The notes under the pieces: model-generated
Seen by the model: the letters and a program-made list of their open reading frames with translations, nothing else
Databases searched by the model: none
What the model was told of the DNA's origin: nothing
Origin: Utricularia gibba
Taxonomy: Eukaryota > Plantae > Magnoliophyta
Length of the DNA stretch: 64,000 nt
Direction of reading: 5' to 3'
Assembly (NCBI GenBank): GCA_002189035.1
Contig: NEEC01000021.1
Span: 558,001 to 622,000 of the forward strand
Position numbers and translations under genes: made by a program
Shown here: positions 23,827 through 38,220 of the stretch, one piece after another
How the letters are laid out: every line of letters starts with the position of its first letter
Position numbering within the stretch: the first letter of the stretch is position 1

Positions 23827-26800
23827 TCAAGGTCTCTTCCTCTTCATGAGTTGATGATCACCGGAGGAGGAAGACCTCTTGGCCGACTCTACTGCGGAGG
23901 TCGATTTCCTTTGAGAGGTTGGATCGAATTCTCCGGGGTCCTCCACCTCATTCCGCTGGCAGTCTCCGGCGGATGCTTCATCAGCTTTGAGTCGTTGATG
24001 CTTCCGCCTACGATGATGCTCTGTTCTTCCCCCACCGGCCGAGTGTTTCCTTCGACCTGCGTTTCCAACATCCCTTTGCTCCCCACCGGACAAACATGAA
24101 GAGTCGCTCGTCAACGGCGCTGCCGTTACACTTCTGCTTCCCTTCTCAGCTCCGGCAGCAGCCTTGCCCGAGGAAGAAGCACCTTTACCTTCCTTCTGTG
24201 AGGTTGTCTTTCGAGTACCTGGACAATGGATTGAACTGTAGGGCTTTTTCGCCGGCACAATCAGGTTTCTGCTTCTGGCATCTGATATCAGGTGCGCCCA
24301 ACTCTGATTCGTCTGCAGTGTTCTCACATTGCCGAATATCCACAGCGAGCTCTTGGCCCTGGTCAGAGCGACGTTCATCCGTCTCACATCAGCTACAAAT
24401 CCCAGGCTATTGAAGTCGCTGTCTGATGCTTCTGAGCAGGACCCAGACGCTCTAACAGTGGAGAGAAGCATGATATCAACTTCCCTGCCTTGAAAACCAT
24501 CAACTGTGTTGAATTCTATTGCTGCAGCTGTAGAAGATCCAAGCGCGGCAGAGAACCGTGAGACGAAGAGGGATGACTGGCACTTGTAAGGAGTTATAAC
24601 CCCAATGGTGCTGCTGCAAAATTCTGATGGGTAGCTGTTCACAGCAGCAAACGGTAAATATAGAGGCATGAAACTAACAAACACAAGCGTGGTATAGATG
24701 AAGGGCATGCACCTTTTCTTGAAAAACCGCAGGATTTCAAGAGCTGCATCGACTTCAGATTCATTGGATAGAGAAAAAGATGCTGCATTCTTTCGACGAA
24801 GCTCGTGGCCATCAGAAACATCAAAGAGAACGTAGGGGCCCAAGCAGGGTGTGTTGTGGTAGGGCTTAGCTTTGACAGGCATCCCAACTCCATTCAGCAA
24901 CTTGCCATCGTAGAAATGCAATGAAGGGAAACGGCTTATCTCAGGATGCATCCTGTACTGGTAAGATTGTAAACACGGCATCACATTTCTTACACAGAGG
25001 GCCATGAAAAAAGTGTTGTAGAATCATAGCAAGTTGAAGGGTATGAAAAAAATCATTAAAAGCTTGATTGTGGTAAATCTAAGTACCTGTTGGGCCAGCA
25101 TGATAACTGGGTAATTAGCCTTCTGCAGTCTCTCAAACATGCTGCACTGAAACAGGAATTTGCTGGCAATTTTAGAGACAACCGTGGCTGGGAGCTGCTT
25201 TGGGTCACCAACCTAATGTAAAGACAGATATAATGCTTAAAGGTCCAAGCAACCGAATCCACAACAACAATTACAACTTCTCACCATGATGCATCGGCTT
25301 CCCATGGATTTCAAGAGCTGGAGTGGAATTAGGGAAGCTATTTCAAGTGCCTTGTGCACAAAAGATGTTGAACACAATGGGGAAAACAAGTCATACATCA
25401 GAAAAAACAAGTGTGAAACAAAAATCACAAAGATCATCAAGTCCAGAGAAATAAGGTGATGTAAGCACCTGTGCTGCTTCATCAATCACGATCGCATCAA
25501 ACAGAGTATGTTCAGGGGCATTACTGAACTTGTGGCATGACGACAGATCGCAGCAAGCACCGTATAAATCTCCACCACTGCCACTAAGTGTGGCCACAAC
25601 AATTTCAGCCTCTCTTAGTATAGCAGTGCGAAATTTATGCCTTAGTGCTCTTATTTCATCAGCAGCTTTCCTTGATCTCGCCTGAACTTGAGCTAGTTCC
25701 GAATAAATTGCCTTCTTGCTCTCATATAACTTTCTTAGCTTCACTTTCAGTTCAGCATCAGAAAGAACCTTTGTTTCACCAGCCTTGGATTTTGTAGGTT
25801 CAAAATTCTTGTCATCTGTAGTGGCTCTCATGGCTTCGTAGTACCTGATCTGATCAACCAACTTTTCCAGGCTAGTACGTAGACTATTTAGAGCGTCTGG
25901 GCATGCCTCATCATGGTTGACCCTATTTTCCTTCCCTATTCGATCTTCAACAAGGGTATCAATGAAGAAGGGAAGAGAATTAGGGTGGACAGTCTTTGGA
26001 TTACCAACTCTCACAATATATGGGCTGTACTTCTGCCCATCAACACCACAAAGACCTTCACTACACAGTCTTGCAACTAGTTCATCCACAGCTGCGTTAG
26101 ATTGGGCACAGATGAGAATCCTGCCCCTTGAGTGGTTTCCAGTGGATTGTATGTTATTTGTGGAATCTTGGTGTGCTTCTCTTGCCAGTGCAGCATTCTG
26201 CCAGGCTTTCAGAATGGCAGCAGAAGAATCTACCGTTGGTGTTAGTTTAGGATTTTTTAAAGGAACCGATGTAATACTTCTTACCCTTTGGGAATTGTTA
26301 ATTTGACAAAAACCAAGCAAACCATTAACAATGGCCACAATTGTCCTTGTCTTTCCAGTCCCTGGCAGAAAAGATACAAAAACATAAGGCGAAAAATCAG
26401 ATACAACAGCAAACCCAGTAACTTTTCACCTTGCTGAGCTGTGTGACTGAATCTCTACTTACTAAATCACTTAAATACTAATTTACTCATTGAGGATTAT
26501 AGAATGAAAATAAATAACTAGACTCAGGAAATCGAAAAAGACAAATAGAAAAGTGAAACCAAATATAATATATAAATCAGAGCACCTGGCGGCCCTTGTA
26601 TAAGAGTCAACTCAATATCCTTCCTCGAGTCCATGGGCCCCATAGAAACATTTATGGCTTGAATCTGACTCTCATTATAAGATGTCTTCAAAACTCGGTT
26701 CAAGGGGCCTGGTAGTTTCTTAATATTATCAGTTCCTGATTTGTAATGGTTACAAAGATGATTCCAAGGATTTAAGATGATGGGGGCTAAGGGATATCCC

Positions 26801-29800
26801 TCAAAGATGACAATGCCTGGAATTCTCGAAGTTGAGGGTAATGTTCATTATGCATTTAGCATGCCATTTGCTCCGTGCTGTTAACATCTTTCTTGCTTGA
26901 TTAAGACGAGAACTTCCTTGCAGATACATTCTAATCACCAAGATACTCAGCTTTGCTTTACTGTCCTTTTCACGCCTCTCAAGCTACAAATAAAAGGGTT
27001 CAGCATCATCAGATAATAAGAGGTTATGAGAAAATATAATTTGTTGGATATCAGAAACGGTGACAAAAACTTGCTGAGAACAAACGAAATTTATGAGATA
27101 GAGGGGGCTACCTTCCCTAGAGCGTGAATATCATTGAGATGATCCTGCATCGGCTGTCTAGTAATTAAAATAAGATCATTTTCACAAAGGCTTTTGGATC
27201 TGACAGATTCATTTTCATTTTGTACAAAACGTACAACATGGAAATCATCAACTTTCTCAATAGACATCACAGATAGACTTTCACAACCCATTTCTTCAGC
27301 ATGAGACATCTCTCGATAGGTATCATGCATCTGTGCTTTAAATTCTTGGAGTGCCAACACTCGGAAAATTTCAATATATTCATCCGAGGAATGGAAACTT
27401 ACAGGGACTTCCTTTAATTTGCTAAGAATTTCTTGCTCCTTGTTATTCTGAGGAGTTATTCCCACAGTTATGAAGAAATCCAACTCCAGGATAGACTTGT
27501 GACAGTCATCAAGTTTTGCAAACTGAAATCGCCTCACTCCACCACCCCGCCTCATAGACCCTGGCTTGCTTTCCATGGTTAAGTTAAGCTGGATCACTTG
27601 CCGTTTTGTACCTGAAGGCCTTTTATTTAGAAGCTGTGGCTGTTTTGTTGGTTTGGAAAAAGAAAACCCCATGTATCGCCATCACTATCATCTGCTGCCT
27701 CTCTTAAAGCTTCGGTATGAGGCTTATGATGTTGATTTATTCTTGGCTGAACCAAACGAGAGGATACTGAATCACATGTTATTGAACTTGCATTTTCATC
27801 AGATAAACTCGCACCATTCATGGATTCCTTACAGACTGTCCGATTAGCTAATTCAGTTGTGCTTCCTGTTTTTATCATCTTGTTCTCAGAAGGCTTGTTT
27901 CTCTTTGCACACTGATGATCATCAGAGCTCGCTGTCACACGATTTGTGGAACTGTAAGTTTTTCCACTAGTATACTCAGGGGAGGCCAACACACCAGCAC
28001 CGGGGCTGTTATCTGTTCTGTTTGAGTCTGCATTTAAATTTCTAGTCACAGCATCTGCTGCAGCTAAATTGTCACCTTTACTGTGCCTTCTAGAATCATC
28101 AAGGGGCCGGACATGGTCCATGACTTCAAGTTCTTTCTCATCATCATCAAGAATTAGCAAATTGTCTACCATGGAGTTGTTAGGCGGTTTATAATGGATT
28201 GCATCTGGATCAACGTCTTGTACGATTTCAGACTTCCTAAACATGGTGGATGGAACTTTAGATTGTGAAGAGCTTGACATCCCATCTTTCTTTGCAAGAC
28301 TTGCATCAGTTAACATAACAGAAAGGCGTGCAACATGGTCGGTAAGTTCATCAACAGTTATATTTTCTGCAATCCATAAGAACAAAAATTAGCACATAAA
28401 TCCGGTAACAGACAAAAAGAAACAAGCACATTGATGATGGATTTGAAAAATTACCGCATGAAATAAGTTTCTCAATATCAAATATTAAAGAGGAAGATAC
28501 TGGCCAGAATTCTCTAATTTGACCCATCATAGAAGCTAGCGCCTGTTTCCAGTATCTAACCACAACACCAAGTGACGATGTTCCCCAATCAGCCAATTCA
28601 TGTAGCCACTTTGTTCTCATTAAAATTTCCACCATTGCTCTAGAACCTTGGAGAAGTCTTTCTAAGACAACAGGTAGAAGTTCAAGCAGGCGGATACAGG
28701 TCATCTGAAAATATGGAAAATAATTTGTTTCAGATATATTATCAATTGAAAAGTTCAGCAACATTCACAAAGAAATCATGACCAGCTCTATAACAATGAG
28801 GAATGATTCAGCAAACAGTTAAATAGTTCAGTAATTGGGTAACTGCACGTTCAATGAATAGATCACTGCAAGATCTATAAAAGCATACCACAAACGCCAG
28901 ACTAAAGCATATCATCAGGAAACATATCACATGACAAATCGTATTTCCTACTTGAGTAACAGTACGTGACAATAAATAAAATGAAAGCTGCATTAGTAGA
29001 AACAAGTACCTGCGACCCTGGATCACCAGTGAATGTTTTGCCAACTTCTAAACACTTAACTAACGGAGACCATGCAATTTCTGATATCAAGCAGCTAAAC
29101 ATTTTCCAGGATGCAGAACTGGTAGACGAGCACTTATCATCATTAAAACACAGAGGGTCAAATATAGATTGCGTTAGAAATCCACCGTGCTTGGAATATT
29201 TTGTGATGGGAGAAATATCAGATGGGCCTCGTGGTGAGGTTTCAGATGAAATTCCACTTTTCAGCAACTTGCAAATGATGAAGAAAAGATGATGCAAACC
29301 TCGGAAATTTAAAAGAACAGAATCCAACTGAATCTGAACATGTTAAATAAGATGTATTAGAGAAGCAAAACCACAGCACATACAACAATTGAACAAATAG
29401 AAAAATTTGACATCAAGAAGCATTTTACTTGAGCATATACGCCAGAACCTATACAAAAAAGAGAGTACATGAATCACCAAAAGAAGCTTATTCTGTGAGA
29501 ACTACGGATTATGGTGCCTAACATTTTATTTTTTTAAATGATGGATCTCGAGACAAAAATGTTAGAAATGTATAGGGAGATATTACTAAAAATTGAGGCA
29601 TTGGTCTGAGAAAGCATTATCCATTGGGCCAGATAGAGACAACTATGATCCGTAGGGTACTGACTTTTCTGCAACGCCTTACCAATTTCAGGGCATGCCT
29701 CAAGCCAGATAAGATAGCTAACATTGAAGCTGGGGTGGAGCACATAAACTCCAACCCACGGATAAGGCCATGTATACCAGAAACCTGTTCAAGAACTTGT

Positions 29801-32800
29801 CTGCCTAATTGCCTTGTATCCTATGAAAACCCAAAGAGGTTTGATCTTCAGTCGTAGTAGAGAACTTAAAGAGAAGAACATCACCTCAAAAATGTAAGAG
29901 CTGTAGGTATAGTGAAAATAATTACATCATTAGGATCTGCAAGCAAGAGTATCAAGCTACTTCCCATCATAGGCTCCCAGGCCCACTGTTTCTTGAGCTC
30001 TCCCTGCTCCATTCTAACAGCAAAATGAGTAGCTAACCTGCAGTGCCCGGGCATACACAGTATCTATCTTTAATAATCTTTTGTCTAGAACCCATAAGAA
30101 AACTGACGATCAGAAAATACGAGGTCAAAAACAGCAGCTGAATCAAGAAGAAATAGCAACTGAGTGAGGTATTAACCTTTTAAAAGTCCTTAATAAAGAT
30201 AGGCACATTTCAGAAATCCCAGTGGAATTTTTGGACACTATTACATCGCCACCATCATCAGCGGTTACCAGAGTTTCCCACCCAAAGAGATGAGACACTT
30301 CAGAAGCACAAGTTTCCAACCAATTTCTAACAGAAGAAAACACTTCTCTGTCATTAACAGGTTCCAAAAACGGCAACTGAGATAATACCCAGAAAACAGT
30401 TTTTGAAAATGATAATGGCAGAACCACTGGCTCTATTTCAACTAGAACATCAAACCACAGCATTGGTACACAAATCCAGCTCCCATCTGCTTGAGAGATA
30501 ATCTTTTGTTGCATTATAAACTCTTTCCAACAGGTATTACTTTCTTTCATATGAGCAGCAGAAATGAGCCCATGTTCATCGTCCATATCTCCAATATCAT
30601 TAGGTACACCATGATTGCTTGGATGCAAATGCTTTTCCAGAATCACAGATACAAAAGCTGAAGCATCAGAAACAATAATTGTTTGAATAAGATCAAATGC
30701 AGGCTGCCGAAGGGCATTGTGCAGGGATCCATCCTTCAGAGAACACGCAAGAGAGGGGCCCCTGAAAATTTAAAGTGATCAGAAACTGGGGACAAACAGA
30801 TGCAAATGATACTATTACAAGCCCATTTTCTACCAGTCTGTTATAAGAAAATGGAACTCGTCTCTATGAAAAATGAGATAATTGGCTTGTGCCGCTTGAT
30901 GCATACCACATATGAGCACATTCAAATGGAGGGCAAGGCGGATCCATCCTGTAACCTCTCAAAACTATCAGAAGAGCTAACTGCACCAAAATGGAATTGA
31001 ATAATGCAACTTGAAAAAAGAGTAAATTACTCAGTATGGCATGCCAACCTGACGAGCTTTCTTCCTCATCAATGTGCTAAAATTACTGCTGACAGGTACT
31101 TGATGCAAGAGAAAGTACAGAATATGCCTCCTTTGTTTCTCATGTTCCCCATCTTGTAAAGCCTCGAGCGACTGGGAATAGTAAAGACTAAATAAGCAAT
31201 GCATATAAAACTTCAAGAGTGAAGGATCACTGAAACTTCATGAGCGTAGATCCACAAACATGCCTGAAGAAAAGGCTCAAAGAGATCAAATATCTCTTTA
31301 TGGCTTTTCTCATTGCTAGTATGGAAACATTGGCCCAACAAGGAATTCCTCATGACACTTGGCGATAGTGCAGCTCTAAACCATAGCTTGCACCCTGTCC
31401 AACATGAAAGAGCATATCAGTGTTCCAAAAGTCGGATATTAACAATTTGCATGATGGAAAAAAAAATCTACAGGAATATATTTAAAAAAAACAAATACCA
31501 AGCTTTTCAAACAGTAGCCTCAGGAGGTTAGCAGCATGAGAGAACTCGGGTAAATCATCAGTTATGTTGTTCAACACAACACTGAGGAAAGCAGGATATC
31601 GGTCCAAAATCCCTTCCTCAAAAGCTTGTGGCTCTAAAAGCCCGACCCTGAAACAAGAACATCAATGGCAATAATCAGGACTTTCTCCTAAAAAAAGATT
31701 CAATTGTCATTACAAATATTAACTACAAAATCGCAAACTCCCAGAAAAGTGAACGAAAAAATAAGCTTCCTACAATGCTTTGATTCCAATCCACACAGTT
31801 GTTCGCTCCAATTGCATGCTTGATCTGGATGTTTCATCAGACGAATTCATAACTTCTGACTCCAGGATGAAGATGTACTTCCTAAGTAAATGCTGCAGTG
31901 GATCCAATTCTGTAGCTTTCCTGCAAACAACGATGACAATGCATTTTTATTTTACATTCAGAAGTATATTTTCTTTTAATGCTACAATGGGTGGGAAAGG
32001 GAAGTCATTGCTCACAATTACACTAGACTTTTAGAACAAGGGTACCTCAATTTTCCCATACGTCCAGCCAAGCGAAGACCAATGGATCTTACTCTTCTCC
32101 TTTTTGAAAAGAGCAGTATATAAACTCCCTGATAAAAGTGTAGATGGCCATGGGAAAAAGGCTATACAGATGTAAATACAGACAGAAGCTTAATAGGAAG
32201 TGCTTAATACCGGATAATGTTGACTCCCATCCAGTGCCAATTCATAACTATCATCAATTGCTTCAATAAATATTTCGAATTCCACCGCCAATGAACAATC
32301 ATCCAATAATGAAGGGAACATGAAAACCTTTCATTTAGAAAATAAGGAAGAATATTAAGAGTAAAGAGTGATTAAAAAGGTATCTATACAGCATTATGCA
32401 TGCTAATGAGCCTAAACACAGTGATTCAAAAATGGTTAAAACAACTAAGAACGAAAACTCCACTGTTAGAAAGCATCAGGTATTTGCCCTTTTGGTCTAA
32501 TCATCAAACACCCAACTTCAAAGTACAAAGCCCAAGACATGTCCAATAGTGTAATTTAGCAATATAGATTTTTCCACTACATGATTCAAACACAGGTATA
32601 TTCACCAGATTAGCAAAAAAAATGCGATGATATCAAAGGAAAGATAAAAACATCAATCATACACCTGGAATAAAACAATACTTTTCAAAAAGGGTGTTAA
32701 AAATGGTAACAATCAAATGAACAGAAATTTTTCCCATCATCATCTTCCACAGAAGCACTTATCCAGGTAATGTAGCAGCTGGCGCATTGCTTAACTTCAA

Positions 32801-33808
32801 AAAACACAGTACCATAATAGCACACATCGCATGAAACATTATATAGCCATCAGAACACTCTGGCGCATTCATAAAATCTGCATATTTTCTATGAAGAAAA
32901 AAACTAGGCAAGATACAGCGATTAAGAACCTCAAACATGACACAAACTACTTCTTGATTGTCAAGTGCTATATCATACTCTCCTCGTGATATTCTACCAT
33001 TAAGATCCTTGAGCTGACCACTTATACGTTGCCCATCAAGAGTGCAAAGCACATCAAGCAGGGGCTTGACACATGCTTCCTCATATTCTGTAACGTACAT
33101 CTCTCTAGCTTGATGATGCTGACGTACGCATAGAATGCAGACTTTCATCTCCCTAGAAATTCGATTCCATAGGCACTTCAGAGGAGAATCAAGGGTATCA
33201 TCTTCAAAATAATTATAGAACGTCTCAAGCATAGGTCCCATCAAATCCCAATGTGCACACCAAATGTGCTCATCATTTGGTAAACATGTCAAGAAGCTAA
33301 AAGCCTCTGAAAACCTGGATAAGAGACAATCGTAAGACCAAATAGGAGAAAAGGGCAAATAACAAAAAATAGGAAACGTAAATGAATATATATTTCCACA
33401 CATTTGCTTCAGTGCTTGGAAAGCACGTTAGTAAAGTCTCAACGAGCCAGTGGGAGACAAATCACAAAATATTTGCATAAGCCACATGATCATTATAATG
33501 ATGTGAACGTAGAGAAGCAAGCGTAGTCGTATTTCTCGACATGCAACTAAAAGTTAAAAATGCTTGCATAAAACAGCCTATCATTAACAAAAGCGAATAG
33601 CACATGATGAAGTTCCGAGGAGCAATCAAGATATAGGTCTTAAAATAGACGTGAATGCATAGCGCAAGGACAACCATAGTTCTTTAAGACGCTGCTGGTC
33701 ACGACGCGCCAAGGAATCAACAGAAGAAAATGCTTCATCATCGTCCTCTCGAATAATAACACCCCATCGCTCCAATAGCTCTTTCTTTGTTGTCTCCCTG
33801 GTCGCCAT
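23827..33808 (-). CDS. SEN1-like: SEN1/senataxin-like superfamily-1 helicase (At1g16800-type), with three apparent 1-nt frameshifts in this sequence
   Basis: N-terminus MATRETTKKELLERW...HIWCAHWDLMGPMLETFYNYF. Helicase motifs LTLIQGPPGTGKT, RILICAQSNAAVDEL, FDAIVIDEAAQ, VGDPKQLPATV, QYRMHPEI, GVITPY, FNTVDGFQGRE and RRMNVALTRAK. Frame breaks at 27667-27670, 26836-26838 and 26791-26793. No in-frame stops in the other exons checked. Confidence 0.92.
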
Positions 33809-35719
33809 ACCCAAGTTTCTCTCAGGACTTCAAAGATGGATCCTTTCCAACATTATTATACTCGTAAAACCATTGTGCACATTCAAAAAGGAACAAGATC
33901 CTCTTAACGGTCTTCTGTGAGCACATTCAAAACAAAGCGAATCCAGAAATATTAAGCATATGTTCGCAATCACTCCCATCACCACATTCACAAGGAACGT
34001 CTCCCCTTTGCAACTGTAACTCCGATTTGCTCCGAAGAGAATTCTGAGATACTGAGGCCCAAATCAAAATGGGGTACTGAATGAGGGCTCGAATGCCAAG
34101 TATTTCCTACTCTGAGCCCAAAATACTTAATTCATGATTAAGAACCTTAATTGCGGGCTAAATTTGGTAAATACATGTGTTAGAGAAGAGATATTGATAA
34201 AATACTGGAACTTTTTCTTTTATTATAAAGTTACATGTAATTTTAGTAGGAAATTAGTGTTTTACATATGTCATAGTTATTTCTTTACAATTTATCGAAT
34301 TTTTTTTTCTAATTTATAAATTACTTTACCAAAATTTGTGATTACCATGTACGCGGCGTCCTAAGTTGGGCACTACTTCTAGAAATATGCAGCATCCAAA
34401 TTGTGGGTATGGGATACGAAATAAGCAGCATTCAATACAATCATTTTTTTAAAAAGTAAATTAATAGATATTTTTATAATGTTATTAAACTATAAATTTA
34501 ATATTAATTTAACGTATATTTATTAGTATACAATAGTTGAAATTTAACTAATAATTAGAATTTAATAAAAATGTTATTTTACAAATAAAAAATGAAAATT
34601 ATGGTAAAATGCAAATATAAAAAAATTGAGTTATTTTACAAAACAAAATATATAATTTGTGATAGTACATTCATTTCATCATTATTTTACAAAGAAATTT
34701 ATAAATCTAATATATTTTACAAATAGTAATAAAAAGTAAGAAAATTAAAAAATTAAAAAAAATTCCGGTAAATTACAAAGTAAAAACTCTGATACATGTA
34801 ATGTAAAACATCAATCTACTCTCTAATTGCAAACAGAAACCACAAACGTACTATCTTTTTAGAATAAATTTAGCTTTTGATGATGCAAAAAAAATTTTAA
34901 TGTCAATTATTTATGTTAATTATTTTAAAATTTGTCAGTGTTATGCCAGTCCAAAATCGCCCTATATTTGTTGATGATACAAGACAAAAGAATGTTTGAA
35001 AATAGTGTGTCTAGAGGGATACAATTATTTTAAAAAATATATTTTAATAATATTAATTATAAGTATTTTTAAAAATGAATATAATTATAATTTCAATCTT
35101 AAAATCAATTTCTATCATCTCATGTTTCTAATAAAATTAAATTGATTCTAAAAAATGAATGTCTTAAAATAGAATTTTGATGTACAGTTAAAAGACATAA
35201 AAAATTGTAGGAGAATATAATTAATTGTAGGAAAAGGTTCATCTCCTTTATCCATGCTGCCCAAGCACGCAAAGGCCCCCTCGACATTTAATGCATATGG
35301 AAATAAATTCATATTTTATGAGTTCAAATTCAAACAATTAAAAAATTACTTAATTCTCATTTCGTACAATATTTAAATTTATTCATTGGATGAAATTAAT
35401 TTATTAAAACTTGGATATGCTTATTAAAAAGGTTATTTATACTAATTATAGTGTTTTTCGAACCATAATTAAAAAAAACTCAATTAATAAATAAATTTTT
35501 ATTTTACCATATCTTAAAAATTAATTAATAAAATTATCAGCTTATCGTATTAATAATATTATACCCCAATTTTACCAAATTTACAAAGCAATTTTTCAAA
35601 ACGAGATATTAATATATATTTTATTATTTATATTGTTACCCAATTTTTCCATTCGTCATTTGAAAACATGAACCGCATTATATAGCTATCTACATGTCTA
35701 CGTTCCTGAAGCCTTTTAC

Positions 35720-38220
35720 TCATAAATGAAAAGTTGCAGATTTGCAGACAAATGCAGGAGGAGGACGATGAAGCAAAGATCTGTGGTGATGACTCCGGCA
35801 AGACTGCGCTTTGCCCTTCAGTTCCTGAAATGCCCTCATCGTTTCCACATCGAATCCGCCGGCAAACTGCCAGATAGCACGATGGTCAGGGTAAATTCGG
35901 CAGTAAAACCAAGGGAAAGATAGCTAGCTAGTTACCTGGTGGACACGGAATGCAAATCTAACGCCTTGCAGGATGAGGTCCTCCTCCTCAGCCCCACCAG
36001 CGCCAAGCGTTCCAAGCTCTGCTGAAACACGTTTCATGTACTTCATCGCCAGCTTCACTGAAGCCAGCTTGATCTGCACATTGCAGTGAACCCCACATGT
36101 GTATTGTAGCATTCTCAACAGGGAGTCATGGTACATTCAGAAGATCAATCCACATGCGTTATTTATATCTAGTGGGGTGGGGTTATGGAGCGCAGTTGGT
36201 ACCACAGAAGAATGAATTCAAATCGGTGATGGAGTTTACCTGAGTGGCAATCCCTGTGTCGAGCATCCAGTTCATGGGAATGTGGAAGAGTTGGTATCTT
36301 CTGGTTGCAGATTCTCGAATTCTGGACAAGGTATAGACGCTGCGTTCCAATCTGTGACGAGGAAGATGATGATGATGATGATGACTGTGTTCTCTTGGGA
36401 ACTGTCAAATGGGGAAAGAGGGCTTACTTCTCGAATAAAGATTGCATTTTTCTTAGGGCCGGAGCACAGGGCTGGGAAGGATCATCACGGAAGGATGAAG
36501 CCTCTGATTCCAGCTTCTTCAGATCACAGTAGCCAAATGCAGCTTCTCTCATGGCGTCGGCTTTCTGTTCCGGCCAGTCGAAGTGTTTCAACACCGCCCT
36601 CTCATCAACCTTAACGGATGAATGTTGTGTAACTAACAATGGTTAAGAAAATGAAGCAAGAATGTGGTTATGGCGAGTGTGTACCAGAAAAGAGAGCTCA
36701 TCATCAAGCCACTTGACGAAGGAAACTACGTCTTCAATGTCTGCAAACGCTGCTCCTTCTACTTCTTTGATCAGAAATCGAATGAATTCTCCCTGAGTTT
36801 TCACATCCGTCTTGATCTGAAACACATAAAAAATGGTTGCATCTATGAAAGATTGATAGTTATAGACCACAAACATGGTGATTATGATAACCAGAGATGG
36901 GTTTCAGATTTGAGTTTCTGGTTGCATCTTCTTTTTCATGCCAGAACATGGAAAAGGAGTAAACTTTGCAGAAAAAAGCTTGGATCAATGTGATTGACAA
37001 AATTGGGTAAATAAGGGAAAGCTTACCGCCAGTAAATGGGCAGAGCGGTTCTCGATTTCTCCGATCATGTCCTTTGCTGCAGCTCCGGCGTCAGGAGTGT
37101 CGGAAGGGCCGCTGATTCCTACGCCGGAATCTCTGCGGAAACTGGTGTCCCTTCGCATTAATGAATGGTAGAATTCAACGACCTCAGGAACTCTCCGGAC
37201 CTTAGCAGGAGCAGGTTTCGATTTCAAATCTTTGGGAGGAGGAGGCGGGGGCGGTGGTGCCGGTGCCGATTGTTTGACCGGAGGCGGTGGTGGAGGCGGA
37301 GGGATGGGTAGTCTAACTAAATGAGACGTCGAGGGCGGAGGACTCGGCAGTTTAACCGAACGCGGAGGCGGAGGCGGCGGAGGTGGAATATTGGAGATTT
37401 CCGCCAACGCCCGGTCAATCGTATCAGACAAACAATCATTAGATGAAGAAGAAACAGAAGAGCAGAGAGATGACGAAGATGAAGAACTGGATGTCGATGG
37501 CCGAGGCGGCGGCCTGGGAACGCGAGGGCCGCGCGATTTCATCTCAACAATTTCCTCCTTTTTCACGTCATTCTTAGCATTCCCACCTCCATTTTCAATC
37601 TCACCGGCGACGCTGTCCTGGACCAGGAATTTCTTCAAACACCTTGCAGATACACTGGATTTGCAGTTCTGAGGAACCTGCTCTTGCCGCCTCTCAGCCT
37701 CCACAAAAGCTCTTTTAATGTCGGATAGCTCCTCCTGCATGTACCTGATCTTCTCCTCGTGCTTACGGCTCTGTTTCGAAAGCTCCATCCGCAGAAACTC
37801 ATTCTCCCTCCGGAGCCGCCCATTGTCCTCCTCCAACCCTTCAACTCTCTTCCTATGCATCCCAATCTCCACCTCCTTTTTCGATAACTCCTTCTCCAGA
37901 ACAGGGACCACCGCGACGGACTCCTTAAACAGCACCTTCTGCTCAAGAAGCTCCGCCTTCAACCTTGATTCCCTCTCACGGCACTCATCTATAGTTCTCA
38001 GAAGCTCGGAAACATTCTCCGGCGGCCGCGGCTGGACCTGTGCGGATGAGCGATGTAAGTACCGCGAAAACGGAACTCCCCCACCTCCAGATCCCTTCAT
38101 CTGCTGCTTGGATGAATTACTCCTCTGCAACTTGGGCGACGCCGCGTCGGCACTCCACTTCGTCGTCGCCGGCGAAGACCTCTGCAACCCCATCGCCGTC
38201 TTCACTTTCCCCGCCACCAT
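35720..38220 (-). CDS. IPGA1: CHUP1-like microtubule-associated protein (IPGA1 type), 6 exons
   Basis: MVAGKVKTAMGL start, coiled coil and poly-Pro tract, KVRRVPEVVEFYHSLMRRD, DMIGEIENRSAHLLA|IKTDVKTQGEFIRFLIKEV, VDERAVLKHFDWPEQKADAMREAAFGY, IKLASVKLAMKYMKRV, FAGGFDVETMRAFQELK. Stop at 35720-35722. Confidence 0.92.

Noticed and set aside
23851-24893. Several plus-strand ORFs over the last SEN1-like exons
   Set aside because: Antisense shadows of GC-rich coding sequence.
34160-35700. Possible MITE/MULE TIR fragments in the SEN1-IPGA1 spacer
   Set aside because: Too degenerate and AT-rich to assign ends or TSDs by eye.
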